Positions 30,861 through 40,906 are shown, counted from the first letter of the stretch. The stretch is 64,000 nt of DNA from an uncultured virus (IMG/VR IMGVR_UViG_3300037249_000775) (IMGVR_UViG_3300037249_000775), one strand, 5' to 3'. The notes: generated by a model not told the origin, from the sequence alone. Made by a program: numbers and translations.

Positions 30861-31619
30861 ATGTTTAATATATATGAAAAAGATATATTGATGAATGATA
30901 ATATCTTGTATCTTTTTAATAAATCAATATATGAATATGATATGAAAAATGCAGGATATAGTTTATCTAAAGCATATAATCTTTTACCAGAAGAAACATT
31001 GGGTAAATTAGGCAAATATAAAAAAGATAGACGTACTGTTGAAATCGGTAAGCTTCAACGGTCTAATTCAGAGTTTAAAAATAATTTACAGCAAGCGTTT
31101 AAAGATGCACGTAAATTATTTTTTGAAGCGAACGAGTTAGATATTAATGATGTAATATCAATTAAAAAAGATGCAATATTTACAACTAAATATTGTAAAT
31201 ATCAAAATTTTTTAGACTTTATAGAATTTCGACCAAAAAATACTTATTCGTCTTATATTCGATTGAATAAAAAGGTTGAGTTGTACTATTCACCAATTCA
31301 ACTTGATATAAAAGGATTGGGAGATGAAAGTATTGAATATCATAGAGATTATATGATAAAATTTATTAATACTTTCTTTAGTAAGATGGAGACAGATAGT
31401 GAAGTAAATACGCTCCGTTTTCTACGTTCCTTTGTCGATAAATATAAGAATAGAGAGTTAGATATTGAGTATTATAGACGATTTGACCGAGATTCTTATT
31501 TTGATATTGTAGGAGATACTTTACAATATAAAGATTATTGGCAAGAAAATATAGATGATATAGACATAAGTTTTAATTATTTTGAGGTGTTAATGAAATT
31601 AGTAAAGATACCTTTGTGA
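30861..31619 (+). CDS. Small family-B DNA polymerase palm-like protein
   Basis: YEYDMKNAGYS (motif A-like) and SIKKDAIF (motif C-like); GGTGGTG RBS before ATG 30861. Confidence 0.55.
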   Translation: MFNIYEKDILMNDNILYLFNKSIYEYDMKNAGYSLSKAYNLLPEETLGKLGKYKKDRRTVEIGKLQRSNSEFKNNLQQAFKDARKLFFEANELDINDVISIKKDAIFTTKYCKYQNFLDFIEFRPKNTYSSYIRLNKKVELYYSPIQLDIKGLGDESIEYHRDYMIKFINTFFSKMETDSEVNTLRFLRSFVDKYKNRELDIEYYRRFDRDSYFDIVGDTLQYKDYWQENIDDIDISFNYFEVLMKLVKIPL

Positions 31620-31695
31620 TTAACAAAGGTATCTTTACCTGTATTTTTATTTTTTTTATATTTATATATAATTTAAGTATACATATTGAATATCT

Positions 31696-31764
31696 GGAGT
31701 TATGCTTCTCCTACGTCTAATGAAAAAGCGGTGTCATCCCAAGACAGTAACATTGGGAGAAAGG
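31696..31764 (+). ncRNA. Tandem-pseudoknot 5' leader, copy B
   Basis: GGAG/CTCC + TGCTT/AAGCG; TGTC/GACA + TCCCAA/TTGGGA; then GAAAGG RBS. Confidence 0.7.
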
Positions 31765-31770
31765 CTATTT

Positions 31771-32145
31771 ATGGCTAGATATGATAGATACAATAAAATC
31801 GTCAGCATTGTTGATAAGGAGACTGTTATTAATGGTTTCATTTGTAAACCTAATATGATTGTTATTAGTAATGATGAAGGTGGTCTTGCTGTTATTACGC
31901 GGCGAGAAATGAAATTTTTCGACGCAGATGGTTATCCGGAGTTGTATAAGCTATTTGCGTATGAATTAGTACGCACATCATATGGAGATGCATGGTCTAC
32001 TGGTCGTTATTTGAAGATCACAGATCTTCAGTATGGTATAGGAGACCTGACGAAAAGTCTATTTAATGAGATAACATTGGATACGTGGACGTTCGGTGAG
32101 AGAAACCGATGGCGTTCCGTGGCTGGAATAAGTTTCGTGGATTAA
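31771..32145 (+). CDS. Early accessory hypothetical protein
   Basis: True start ATG 31771 after RBS; N-terminal domain shared with 32310..32909. Confidence 0.8.
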   Translation: MARYDRYNKIVSIVDKETVINGFICKPNMIVISNDEGGLAVITRREMKFFDADGYPELYKLFAYELVRTSYGDAWSTGRYLKITDLQYGIGDLTKSLFNEITLDTWTFGERNRWRSVAGISFVD

Positions 32146-32197
32146 AAAAATAAAGAATGAGATTTGACCAATAGACATGATCCATCTCATTTTTTTA

Positions 32198-32302
32198 TCC
32201 GTATTTTTAATATATATATTGATATATTATTTTTGTGTAATTAGGTTATGCTTAATCCAGTAAAAAGCAGAACTATTCTTCTTATGAAGATAGTAGAAAG
32301 GA
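32198..32302 (+). promoter_or_regulatory. Early promoter plus degenerate leader (copy E)
   Basis: TCCGTA/TATATTAT promoter; GTTATGCTT...AAAAAGCA remnant of first pseudoknot; hairpin ACTATTCTTC-TTAT-GAAGATAGT replaces the second, abutting AGAAAGGAG. Confidence 0.65.
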
Positions 32303-32309
32303 GTCAATT

Positions 32310-32909
32310 ATGACTTACACAAATATTATCAACGTAATCGATACAAAGACAATCATTAAGGGTTTCGTTTGTAAACCGGGTATGATTGTCATCGGTGGAG
32401 AAAATATTCCACTGACAATTTGTACTCGTACGTATACCGATTGTGATCATGACAATGAACTATACGCATTGTATGCGTATCAGTTCATTAAGAATGAATG
32501 GAAAGGCGGTTACTTAGATTTCAGTAGAGTGAGTGACAATCTCATTGAAGAGATTGAAAATCTCATTCAAGAAGAAATTAAGAAAGCCGATGATCAAGCT
32601 TTTAAAAAGGTTTGTGATGAGGCTCTTCAATTTGAGGAGGAAATGCTTGTCAGTTGTGATGATGACGAATATTTCAAATTTGTCACAGTTGTAGGTGGCA
32701 ATAAATGTAATAATGGTGGGGAGTACTGGTTCTATGATGAACTGTACCCAACCATTAAGAAGGGAGTGTTTAAACACTTCACAACTACAAGCTGCGATTT
32801 CGATAATTGTGGCTGTGGATTTGAGGGCTATGTAGTCCTCACAAATGAAATTCTTCAGAAACTTATAGTTGCTGAAGAAGAGGTTCTCGAAAGAGGATGC
32901 CTCTATTAA
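32310..32909 (+). CDS. Early accessory hypothetical protein
   Basis: RBS, own promoter and terminator; Cys-containing C-terminal domain. Confidence 0.8.
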   Translation: MTYTNIINVIDTKTIIKGFVCKPGMIVIGGENIPLTICTRTYTDCDHDNELYALYAYQFIKNEWKGGYLDFSRVSDNLIEEIENLIQEEIKKADDQAFKKVCDEALQFEEEMLVSCDDDEYFKFVTVVGGNKCNNGGEYWFYDELYPTIKKGVFKHFTTTSCDFDNCGCGFEGYVVLTNEILQKLIVAEEEVLERGCLY

Positions 32910-32971
32910 GATAAATGTGGGGTAGGTTACTAGACTGATTGACTAGATTAACCTACCCCATGATTATTTTT

Positions 32972-33493
32972 TTATTCTGTATCATTAGTTAATTTTTTTA
33001 AATTTTCGTTGTGGGTCAACGTATTAACTAATAATGCATATGATGTTTTTTTTGTTATGTATGACATCATATACTCTTTATTTAATAATAAATTTGGATC
33101 AGTAAATAAGTCCTTATTAAATGCATTATAAATATTAGTACTTATTTCACCCACATCTGTATCCAAATTTAGTACATTATATTTCTCTCTTAGTGCGATC
33201 CGATCTTTCATGAATGATAATATTTCATCTTCTATCATACTATCTATTAAGTCAAAAATTGAATTAGTAAGGTCTATTCGTTCTGGTAGTTGCATAGTTA
33301 CCATATCTAAATGGTCAGTTCTTTTTATTTTATATTTAATAATTTTTTCATCTAAAAGTTTATTTATAGAAGAAATAAATTCAAACAAATCTAAAAGTAA
33401 TGTAAGAGCTACAACACTTGTTATAACAAATACTATAACAGAAAGCCATGTGTGCTCGTTAATAAAATCTAAAACTTGATTAAAAAATATCAT
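32972..33493 (-). CDS. Hypothetical membrane protein
   Basis: N-terminal TM helix; AGAAAGAGGG RBS. Confidence 0.75.
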   Translation of the reverse strand: MIFFNQVLDFINEHTWLSVIVFVITSVVALTLLLDLFEFISSINKLLDEKIIKYKIKRTDHLDMVTMQLPERIDLTNSIFDLIDSMIEDEILSFMKDRIALREKYNVLNLDTDVGEISTNIYNAFNKDLFTDPNLLLNKEYMMSYITKKTSYALLVNTLTHNENLKKLTNDTE

Positions 33494-33624
33494 AAATTAA
33501 CCCTCTTTCTAAAGTATTAAAAAAATGTAATTATGATGAAAACGAATTTTTAATTTTGTTGTTTATATATTATTTTAAGGTGTATATGAATATTCGTTTA
33601 AATTACAAAGGAGTGTGATAAAAA

Positions 33625-34095
33625 ATGACGAATATTGTAGAATATAGAAATGAACTCTGTAAAGAGTTCATTAAGAACGAAGAAGATTGGCTTCTTCGGT
33701 CAGAAAATATTGCGAGCCTTAAAAAAGCTCGCAAAGAAAAAGAAAGAAAGGAGGAACTTCATAAGAGGAATGTTGAGTTCCTCCTTTCTTTAGCTGTTGC
33801 TTTTATGATGATAGCAACAGCTATCGGTATGGTGATCGGTGCTTTTAGCATCGCATTACCAAAAGATATTGACTATTATGAATCGAAGTATACAACTGTA
33901 TACTACGAGAGTCATATAGTTGAAGAGGGTGAGACTCTTACGGATATTTCTAAAGATATCCTCAAAGCTCACCCAAAATTAGAAGATAAGGTAGGAGGTC
34001 GTTGGAATTACGACGATCTTCTTGTCGAGGTCAATCACCTGGATAATCCTAATATGATTTATCCAGGTGATGAGATTATTTACCCTGTATTTTAA
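33625..34095 (+). CDS. Membrane-anchored LysM-domain protein
   Basis: TM helix then HIVEEGETLTDIS...VNHLDNPNMIYPGDEI; TATATTAT at 33566. Confidence 0.85.
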   Translation: MTNIVEYRNELCKEFIKNEEDWLLRSENIASLKKARKEKERKEELHKRNVEFLLSLAVAFMMIATAIGMVIGAFSIALPKDIDYYESKYTTVYYESHIVEEGETLTDISKDILKAHPKLEDKVGGRWNYDDLLVEVNHLDNPNMIYPGDEIIYPVF

Positions 34096-34163
34096 CAGGG
34101 TAAATATTCATAAAAAGAATTAAACTCACGTACGGCTATTTTGTGCGTGAGTTTATTTTTTTT

Positions 34164-34793
34164 TTATGAATATAAGTTTTTGTTTAAATCTAATATTCCA
34201 AAATCCGACGAGTCAAACATTAAACTTCTATCGATATATCTATTAAGTTTTTCTTTATATTCATCAGGCATCGTTGGACCATAAATACTTAAGAACTCCG
34301 GTAAATTTCCATACGCTTGATTCATATTAATAAATATATTTCTTTCATGAACTTCTTGATGAATTGTTGTGCTTAACATAACAATTTGTATTCTATTTTT
34401 TTGATGTTCTGTTAAAACCATATCAGCAATTCTCATTGAAGTAATTTTCCATTTTTTTGATATAAAGTATTCTAATACAATTGCACAATAGTCGTATAAA
34501 GTAAATACTGGACCATGATGCATTTCTATATCACAATCAAGGTCATCTATATTTTTTAATACCTGACATCTATTAAGTTTAACTTCTTTTTTTAAATAGT
34601 TTATATATTTAGAATATCTATCATTTTGTCTAACTAATCTTTCACAACCTTTAATAAAAGCTGTATACGAATCTATAGAAGAAAAATAATCCTCATTTTT
34701 AAAAAAAGGAATTTGATAAAATGAAGATTGAGCATCAATTATATTATTATGCTTACTTTTATCATAAATAATATTAGGTAAATTTTTTGGCAT
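34164..34793 (-). CDS. HNH/His-Me-finger-like protein
   Basis: IEMHH...LSTTIHQEVHE; AAGGGGG RBS before ATG 34793; paralog of 24752..25435. Confidence 0.6.
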   Translation of the reverse strand: MPKNLPNIIYDKSKHNNIIDAQSSFYQIPFFKNEDYFSSIDSYTAFIKGCERLVRQNDRYSKYINYLKKEVKLNRCQVLKNIDDLDCDIEMHHGPVFTLYDYCAIVLEYFISKKWKITSMRIADMVLTEHQKNRIQIVMLSTTIHQEVHERNIFINMNQAYGNLPEFLSIYGPTMPDEYKEKLNRYIDRSLMFDSSDFGILDLNKNLYS

Positions 34794-34873
34794 ATAAATC
34801 CCCCTTATCTTAATATTATTGTCTTCATAATAATAAAGAAATTCTAGCACAATATCTTAATTAAATTAATAAG

Positions 34874-37800
34874 GTGGTGAATATTTTGACGATAGATAAT
34901 AATTTTAATCTTATGAATCCTCTTCATAATATTCATAATGAGTTTAAAATATTATTAGATAATATGGTTATTAAATATTCATATTTAGCTGAAGAAGCTG
35001 AAACATTCGAATCTAAACGAAATGCTGACGAATATTTAGCAGCCTTAGATGAAAAAGATACATATCTCACATACAGAGATTATACAGTTGAAGAATTAAC
35101 ACAAGCTGTTATTGAAGTTGATAATAGAATAGATGACATAGAATTAACTGATAAAGAAATTGATATAATTGCTCGTTGTAGTGTTCCTGGTGGATATTTG
35201 GATGTTCCCCAAAGATATAGAGAGAGATTATTATTAAATAGACGTAATAAAATTGTGACTGAGTATAATGAAATGAATGAGTATTATAGATTATTAAATG
35301 GGTTACCACCACTATCAACTGATGAAGAAAATTTTCATTATTTACCAGATTATTATGTAAATCTTTTTGGTATTGATAAGTCTATTCCTATACATAAAAT
35401 CCAAGATTATTATAATAATATTGAGGATAATAAAGGAGACTATATTTTATCTAACTTAGATGCTTATGGTTATATTAGAAGATTAATTGGTGCTTATCCT
35501 AAACATGAATATCTTAATTATCTAGGAACTCATAGAATTAGTATTAAACAAGCAAGAGAAGCTAAAAATTTTCAAATATTATATATTAAACAAAAAACCG
35601 TAAAAGATAATTTATTTAATGAATTTATTAATATATACGAGCAATGTAGAGATTATTTTATGACGGTTATATTTGTTAGAGATTTTCGTTCATTTATTGA
35701 AAATTATGATAACTTTATTGCATTATGTATAATGGTTATGACAATTAATACTACATTAAATAGACAGTTTCCATTAAGTATTAGTCGAGAATACTATAAT
35801 GATTATACATTAAAAATGTTGTATGAAGCATATGGTATTCCATATGATATGAGCATCGATCAATATACTCAAAAAAGAATAGCTCAATCATTAAATCTAT
35901 TAATACAGAAAAAAGCTACTGATAAAGTAATATACGATATTGCTGATATTCTTGGTTTTAATAATCTTGAAGTTTATAAATATTTTTTAACTAAAGAACG
36001 TAAATTTGATGTTTATGGGTTCCCAATTGTTAAATATAAAAATGAATTTAATAACGAAACTGGTAAATTTGAAATGGTTCCTGATTATGAAGCAATGTAC
36101 GATCTATATTTTCAGAAAGCCGAGCTAAGAGATCATAACATACTCGGTATTTATCAAAATAGTGCAAATAAAGTAAGTTATGAAGAAGTAACATCAGGAG
36201 ATCCATTTTGGTGGGAAGATACTGATTTATATAATGCTGTATGGGAAACAGAGTATAATATGGTTGAATCAAAATATCTTGGTCTTGCTGTAAGCTATAG
36301 AATGTCTGAAGTATTATATGAAAATATAATACTTATGAAAATGCTTATAGATAAAAAAGATGAAATATCTTCAATTAAATTAACTATTCCTAAAATAGCA
36401 CCTGGAGTTAATGTTACAATATTTGAAGTTATAATGCTTTTATTTGCATTAACCTCATATAAGCATCATATTAAAGGAGAAATTATAGCTATACCAACAC
36501 AAGTTTTATCGGTATTAGATTATCTTCATAATACTGATGGTAGTGACGAGTATCTTGTTGATAGTTTTGGATTTAATTTTAAATTATTTTTACCAGATAA
36601 CGAAGATGGTCAGGATTTAATATCAAGATTATCACAATTACTATCTGAAGAAGATGAAGAAGACGATGATTCAGTTGCTCAATTAATTAGTTATATAGAT
36701 CAATTAACAATTGATCCGACATTACCTAATACTGAAAAGATTAGATTAATAAATGAGATGTATGAAGATATAAAAGGATTATCTAGATTCATTCAATTTA
36801 AAATGTCTGAAACGAGAGATAGAGAAACTTATGAAACATTAAAAGAATTTTATCGTGCCGCATTTTATGCAAGAGAAGTAAAAGATATTTTTACTATTAT
36901 GGAAACAGAACCAGAACATAAAAGAACGGCTAAAACATATATTGAGTTTTTATATTTCAATTATCCTAGTCTTTATAATTTATTATTCACTCCAGATTTC
37001 TCAACTCAGTATCAAGAGTATATTAGTAAAAATAATATAGCATCTTCCGAGTATACAATGGATGATTTTATAGAAGACATAAGAATGGGAGATTATGGAA
37101 CAGAAGATAGTAAGATTCCTAATTTTACATTTGCAAATTTAAAAACTTATAGTGAAGATTTAGTAATAAATGATAATTTAGTTTATTACTATATAGATCA
37201 TTTAATATCTCGTCTAGAAACAGTTATTGATAATTTAAAATATATTTATATGATGAATGATAGTGCAACACCTATAGAAGATCTTTTACTTAAAATGGTT
37301 AGATATTTTAAGTCATTTACTGTGGATTGCTTAGGTTTAGATATTATTTATATATATGATATGAAGTCTGAAAACATTATGAGACTTTTTGGAGAAATCG
37401 CTAAAATAAAAAAAGAAATCGAAGCTGAAGAACACATTCATCTGTCATATTCAGATGTCATAACTCGTATGTATAACAAAGCTGAATTACGTGATAGTAT
37501 GTTATTGCACGATAGATTACTATATAATGTGTGTTTACATTTATCAGAATATGAAAACGATAAAATGTTTAATGATACAATTGAGTATATGGATAAGACA
37601 ATTCAATCTGATGAAAATTATAGAATGCATGATATCTTACCACAAATTAATGGATTTTCTTTAAATGGACATGATGATGATACAAGTATTATATTAAATA
37701 ATAAACAAATCAATATTGGATTATCAGACCGTGTTACAGTATTTAAGGATAAGGATGAGAGAACGAAAGAACTTGAAAAAATGACAATAACTGAAATTCG

Positions 37801-37948
37801 TAATATTGTAGGAACTCTTAAAGAGAATCCAAATTTATCAGAATATGAAAGTAGTTTATTAGATTCTGCTTCAACTATTAGAGATGATGAAATTAATATT
37901 GGAATTTCAATTATTTTAGCTGTAGAAGCATTACTTGCTAACGATTAA
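34874..37948 (+). CDS. Large probable virion structural protein
   Basis: 1024-aa ORF upstream of a baseplate-like gene; function inferred from context only. Confidence 0.6.
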   Translation: MVNILTIDNNFNLMNPLHNIHNEFKILLDNMVIKYSYLAEEAETFESKRNADEYLAALDEKDTYLTYRDYTVEELTQAVIEVDNRIDDIELTDKEIDIIARCSVPGGYLDVPQRYRERLLLNRRNKIVTEYNEMNEYYRLLNGLPPLSTDEENFHYLPDYYVNLFGIDKSIPIHKIQDYYNNIEDNKGDYILSNLDAYGYIRRLIGAYPKHEYLNYLGTHRISIKQAREAKNFQILYIKQKTVKDNLFNEFINIYEQCRDYFMTVIFVRDFRSFIENYDNFIALCIMVMTINTTLNRQFPLSISREYYNDYTLKMLYEAYGIPYDMSIDQYTQKRIAQSLNLLIQKKATDKVIYDIADILGFNNLEVYKYFLTKERKFDVYGFPIVKYKNEFNNETGKFEMVPDYEAMYDLYFQKAELRDHNILGIYQNSANKVSYEEVTSGDPFWWEDTDLYNAVWETEYNMVESKYLGLAVSYRMSEVLYENIILMKMLIDKKDEISSIKLTIPKIAPGVNVTIFEVIMLLFALTSYKHHIKGEIIAIPTQVLSVLDYLHNTDGSDEYLVDSFGFNFKLFLPDNEDGQDLISRLSQLLSEEDEEDDDSVAQLISYIDQLTIDPTLPNTEKIRLINEMYEDIKGLSRFIQFKMSETRDRETYETLKEFYRAAFYAREVKDIFTIMETEPEHKRTAKTYIEFLYFNYPSLYNLLFTPDFSTQYQEYISKNNIASSEYTMDDFIEDIRMGDYGTEDSKIPNFTFANLKTYSEDLVINDNLVYYYIDHLISRLETVIDNLKYIYMMNDSATPIEDLLLKMVRYFKSFTVDCLGLDIIYIYDMKSENIMRLFGEIAKIKKEIEAEEHIHLSYSDVITRMYNKAELRDSMLLHDRLLYNVCLHLSEYENDKMFNDTIEYMDKTIQSDENYRMHDILPQINGFSLNGHDDDTSIILNNKQINIGLSDRVTVFKDKDERTKELEKMTITEIRNIVGTLKENPNLSEYESSLLDSASTIRDDEINIGISIILAVEALLAND

Positions 37949-38012
37949 TACTTATATTAAAAACAAAAAAATAATGTATTATTAAAAAAAAATGAAAAGT
38001 AGGTGCAAATAA

Positions 38013-39065
38013 ATGGCTGATAGAGTTTTAAAAGTAAAAGATAAAGTATCTTTAATTGATAAACATAATTCAACTGTATCAACACCATCTCAAGAGTCTC
38101 ATGGATTATGGGCTAAGACTAAAATTATGGGATCGTACGATGATGTTATGTATGATAAAAACGGTATTCCTTTTTTTGGTAAAAAAATACCAACTGGAAA
38201 AAATAAATTAGGAGAAACTATTTTTAGAACTGAAAGGACGAAGCCAATATTTAGTGAAGAAAATATGGTTACATTAGGTGGTTGTCAATATGCAATGGAA
38301 AAACTCTTCGGAGTTAAGAATGACTATATTGATGTACCAACAATGTATTCCAAACATGGAATTGGCTATGAAGATTCTACCCCACCGTCTGGTGATGGTT
38401 ACACTTATACAACTCCTGACGGTGTTAAGAATACAATTTATCGTTATGGTCATTTTGTTCAGTTGTTTGGCGTTGGTATTACTGGTACTGCTGAAAATGA
38501 TATTACAGTACATCCAGTTGATTATAGAGAAAACGATATTGATATTTCTAAAGTAACTACTGATGGTTTAACATTAGAAGGAAAAATGGTTCCATTTAGA
38601 TATACTGCCGAGGATCTTTCTTCTATTGATAGACGAAAATATTTTGGTAAAAAAAGTGACGAAACGGGTGTTATTTCATATTATCTTAAAAGATTTGAGA
38701 ATACTCCATCTATTAAACATATTTGGAAAACTGGAGATGATTATGAAGCTGAAATAATGGTTTCATCCCAGGAAATATGGGAAGATAGTGTTCATCATAA
38801 TGCAGTTGAATCATTTACTGATGTAGTTTTAAAAATTACAAAAAAAGATGTAAAAGAATGGTTTACATATCTTGAACAAGAAGACAGATCAAGAATTAAT
38901 ACAATTGCTTTGTTTACTGGCGAATATGTTGATCCGCCAGCAGGTTCTACATCAGACGTCGGTGATTATCGAGATGTGAGATTATTCTCTAAACTTAATA
39001 TTCCTACAGAATATCTTGTATTAAATAAAGATTTGAATATTATTTACAGAGTGTATACAAGCTAA
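38013..39065 (+). CDS. Probable baseplate/tail-collar-fold structural protein
   Basis: ENMVTLGG, FGVGITG, INTIALF, LFSKLN...LNIIYRVY pattern typical of tail-fibre attachment folds; late promoter 37962-37973. Confidence 0.55.
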   Translation: MADRVLKVKDKVSLIDKHNSTVSTPSQESHGLWAKTKIMGSYDDVMYDKNGIPFFGKKIPTGKNKLGETIFRTERTKPIFSEENMVTLGGCQYAMEKLFGVKNDYIDVPTMYSKHGIGYEDSTPPSGDGYTYTTPDGVKNTIYRYGHFVQLFGVGITGTAENDITVHPVDYRENDIDISKVTTDGLTLEGKMVPFRYTAEDLSSIDRRKYFGKKSDETGVISYYLKRFENTPSIKHIWKTGDDYEAEIMVSSQEIWEDSVHHNAVESFTDVVLKITKKDVKEWFTYLEQEDRSRINTIALFTGEYVDPPAGSTSDVGDYRDVRLFSKLNIPTEYLVLNKDLNIIYRVYTS

Positions 39066-39112
39066 TAATTAAGAATAGATTAGGAAAATCCTAATCTATT
39101 CTTTTTTATTTA

Positions 39113-39145
39113 TCCGTATTTTTAATATATATATTGATATATTAT
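39113..39145 (+). promoter_or_regulatory. Early promoter (TCCGTA box + TATATTAT)
   Basis: Identical to 21555 and 32198 copies; follows terminator 39071-39107. Confidence 0.8.
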
Positions 39146-39165
39146 TTTTGTGTAATAAAATATCT

Positions 39166-39237
39166 GGAGTTATGCTTCTCCTATGTCTAATTAAAAAGCG
39201 GTGTCATCCCCAAGACGGTAACAATGGGGAGAAAGGA
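39166..39237 (+). ncRNA. Tandem-pseudoknot 5' leader, copy C
   Basis: GGAG/CTCC + TGCTT/AAGCG; TGTC/GACG + TCCCCA/TGGGGA; then GAAAGGA RBS. Confidence 0.7.
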
Positions 39238-39242
39238 CATTT

Positions 39243-39632
39243 ATGTCTAACAGTTATTATTTTATAAATATTACAAATCATCCTGCTGCAAAATGGTCAG
39301 CGGAACAGCTTGATTCCGCTAAGAGATATGGAAATGTCGTGGACATACCGTTTCCACAAATTTCACCAACAGCAACTCAAGATGAGATTAAAAAGATGGC
39401 AAAAAGCCTCGCTGCAGACATTTGCGGCACATATCAGATTGGGGATGGTGCACTGGTGCAGGGTGAAATGACTTTCACTTATGTGCTTGTACATGAGCTG
39501 CAAGCACGTGGAATTGTATGCTTTGCTGCTTGTAGCGAGCGTGTAACTGAAGAGGTTGTTAATCCTGACGGAACGACTACCAAAAGAAGTACATTCAAAT
39601 TCGTGCAGTTTAGGGAGTATCCTACTTTCTAA
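39243..39632 (+). CDS. Csx20-like ring nuclease (candidate type III anti-CRISPR)
   Basis: NHP..W..EQ, LVQGEMTFTY.LV, AACSER..EE...DG...K.S.FKFVQFREY resembles recalled Csx20-family consensus (LIQGDF..TY..V...ATT.R...E...DG...K.S.FKHVRFR.Y). Confidence 0.7.
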   Translation: MSNSYYFINITNHPAAKWSAEQLDSAKRYGNVVDIPFPQISPTATQDEIKKMAKSLAADICGTYQIGDGALVQGEMTFTYVLVHELQARGIVCFAACSERVTEEVVNPDGTTTKRSTFKFVQFREYPTF

Positions 39633-39754
39633 TCTGTACATAAAAAAGAGAGATGTTAAAGGAGGTGATTCATAAACCTCTCTTTTTTTTTGATTAATTA
39701 ATTATCATACAGATTTATAAGGGTTAAATAAGAAGAGAGAAAGGAGATGTTAAT

Positions 39755-40906
39755 ATGCTTAATGTTGGCGTAATTGGTTTAGGTAATACAGGTAACCAAA
39801 TTGCATCACTTGCGTATGAACAACTTAAAATCCCTGTAATGGCAGTTAATAGTAGTGAGAAAGATTTAGAGACTATTAATAATAATATTCCTAAAAAACT
39901 TATTACTGATGCTGATGGAGAATCTAAAGGAGCAGGAAAGAATAGACAACTTGCAAAGAAATATCTTAAAGATTCTATTATGACTTTTCTAAGTTCCGAG
40001 GATGTACAAGATTTCATTGGAGATTTAGACGTTCTTTTTGTTGTATCATCAACTGGTGGTGGAACTGGTTCTGGTACAAGTTTAATTATGTCATCTATTA
40101 TTGCAAGTATGTTTGTTGATGTTCATGTAATTACAATTGGTGTATTACCTGTAATGAATGAAGCTCTTTCAGCTCATGTAAATACACTTGAGTATCTTAA
40201 CGAGCTTTATAGTACTCTTGATGGACAGACATATATGCTTTATGATAATGATAAGTATTCAGGTATGCCGTCATACAAGATGATGAATCTTGTAAATGAG
40301 GAAGTAGTAAAAGATATTGATGTACTTAGATGTACTTATAATTATACAACGAAATATGATTCTATTGATGAGGAAGATATGAGAAGACTTATTTCTTTCC
40401 CCGGTAGAATTTTAGTTGCACGTCTTGAAGATATTAAAGAAAGAGATTTGGATAAAGATAGTATTGAGGATTTACTTATTAAAAAGATTAAGAGTAATGC
40501 TCATACAGAAATTCAGAGAGACCAGAAAGTTATTGCTACAGGTATTATTGCAAATCTTTCTGAAGCAGTATTTTCTGAATTTGATAATCATATTGAGAAG
40601 GTTAGAGATTTTATTGGTGATCCCGATCACGATTTTAATCATCTCTATGTTAATGAGGAAAGAAAAATGCCTAATAATGTATTTTTAATTATTGGTGGTC
40701 TTTCTGTAATTAATGACCGAATTGCTAAAATCTCCGATAGAATTGAAGAAATTGAGCAAAAGCAGAAAACACGAGAAGAGGAAAATTCATTAAACGATTT
40801 AGGTGTTAGCGAACTTTCTCAAAAGGTTTCTTCAAAAGATAAGAGTAAGAAGACAAGTGCTAGCAATGTTGATATTGCTGGTATTTTTAGTAAGTTTGGA
40901 ATTTAA
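39755..40906 (+). CDS. Tubulin/FtsZ-family GTPase (PhuZ/TubZ-like)
   Basis: GLGNTGNQIA, GAGKNR, GGGTGSG signature. Confidence 0.9.
   Translation: MLNVGVIGLGNTGNQIASLAYEQLKIPVMAVNSSEKDLETINNNIPKKLITDADGESKGAGKNRQLAKKYLKDSIMTFLSSEDVQDFIGDLDVLFVVSSTGGGTGSGTSLIMSSIIASMFVDVHVITIGVLPVMNEALSAHVNTLEYLNELYSTLDGQTYMLYDNDKYSGMPSYKMMNLVNEEVVKDIDVLRCTYNYTTKYDSIDEEDMRRLISFPGRILVARLEDIKERDLDKDSIEDLLIKKIKSNAHTEIQRDQKVIATGIIANLSEAVFSEFDNHIEKVRDFIGDPDHDFNHLYVNEERKMPNNVFLIIGGLSVINDRIAKISDRIEEIEQKQKTREEENSLNDLGVSELSQKVSSKDKSKKTSASNVDIAGIFSKFGI

Noticed and set aside
31702..31770. N-terminal peptide ...CHPKTVT.GER shared by ORFs 31702 and 50560, suggesting a conserved leader peptide
   Set aside because: It is the translated RNA leader. 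The same ATG is 71 nt (out of frame) from the gene start in copies A and C, and the real RBS lies just before 31771 and 50629.
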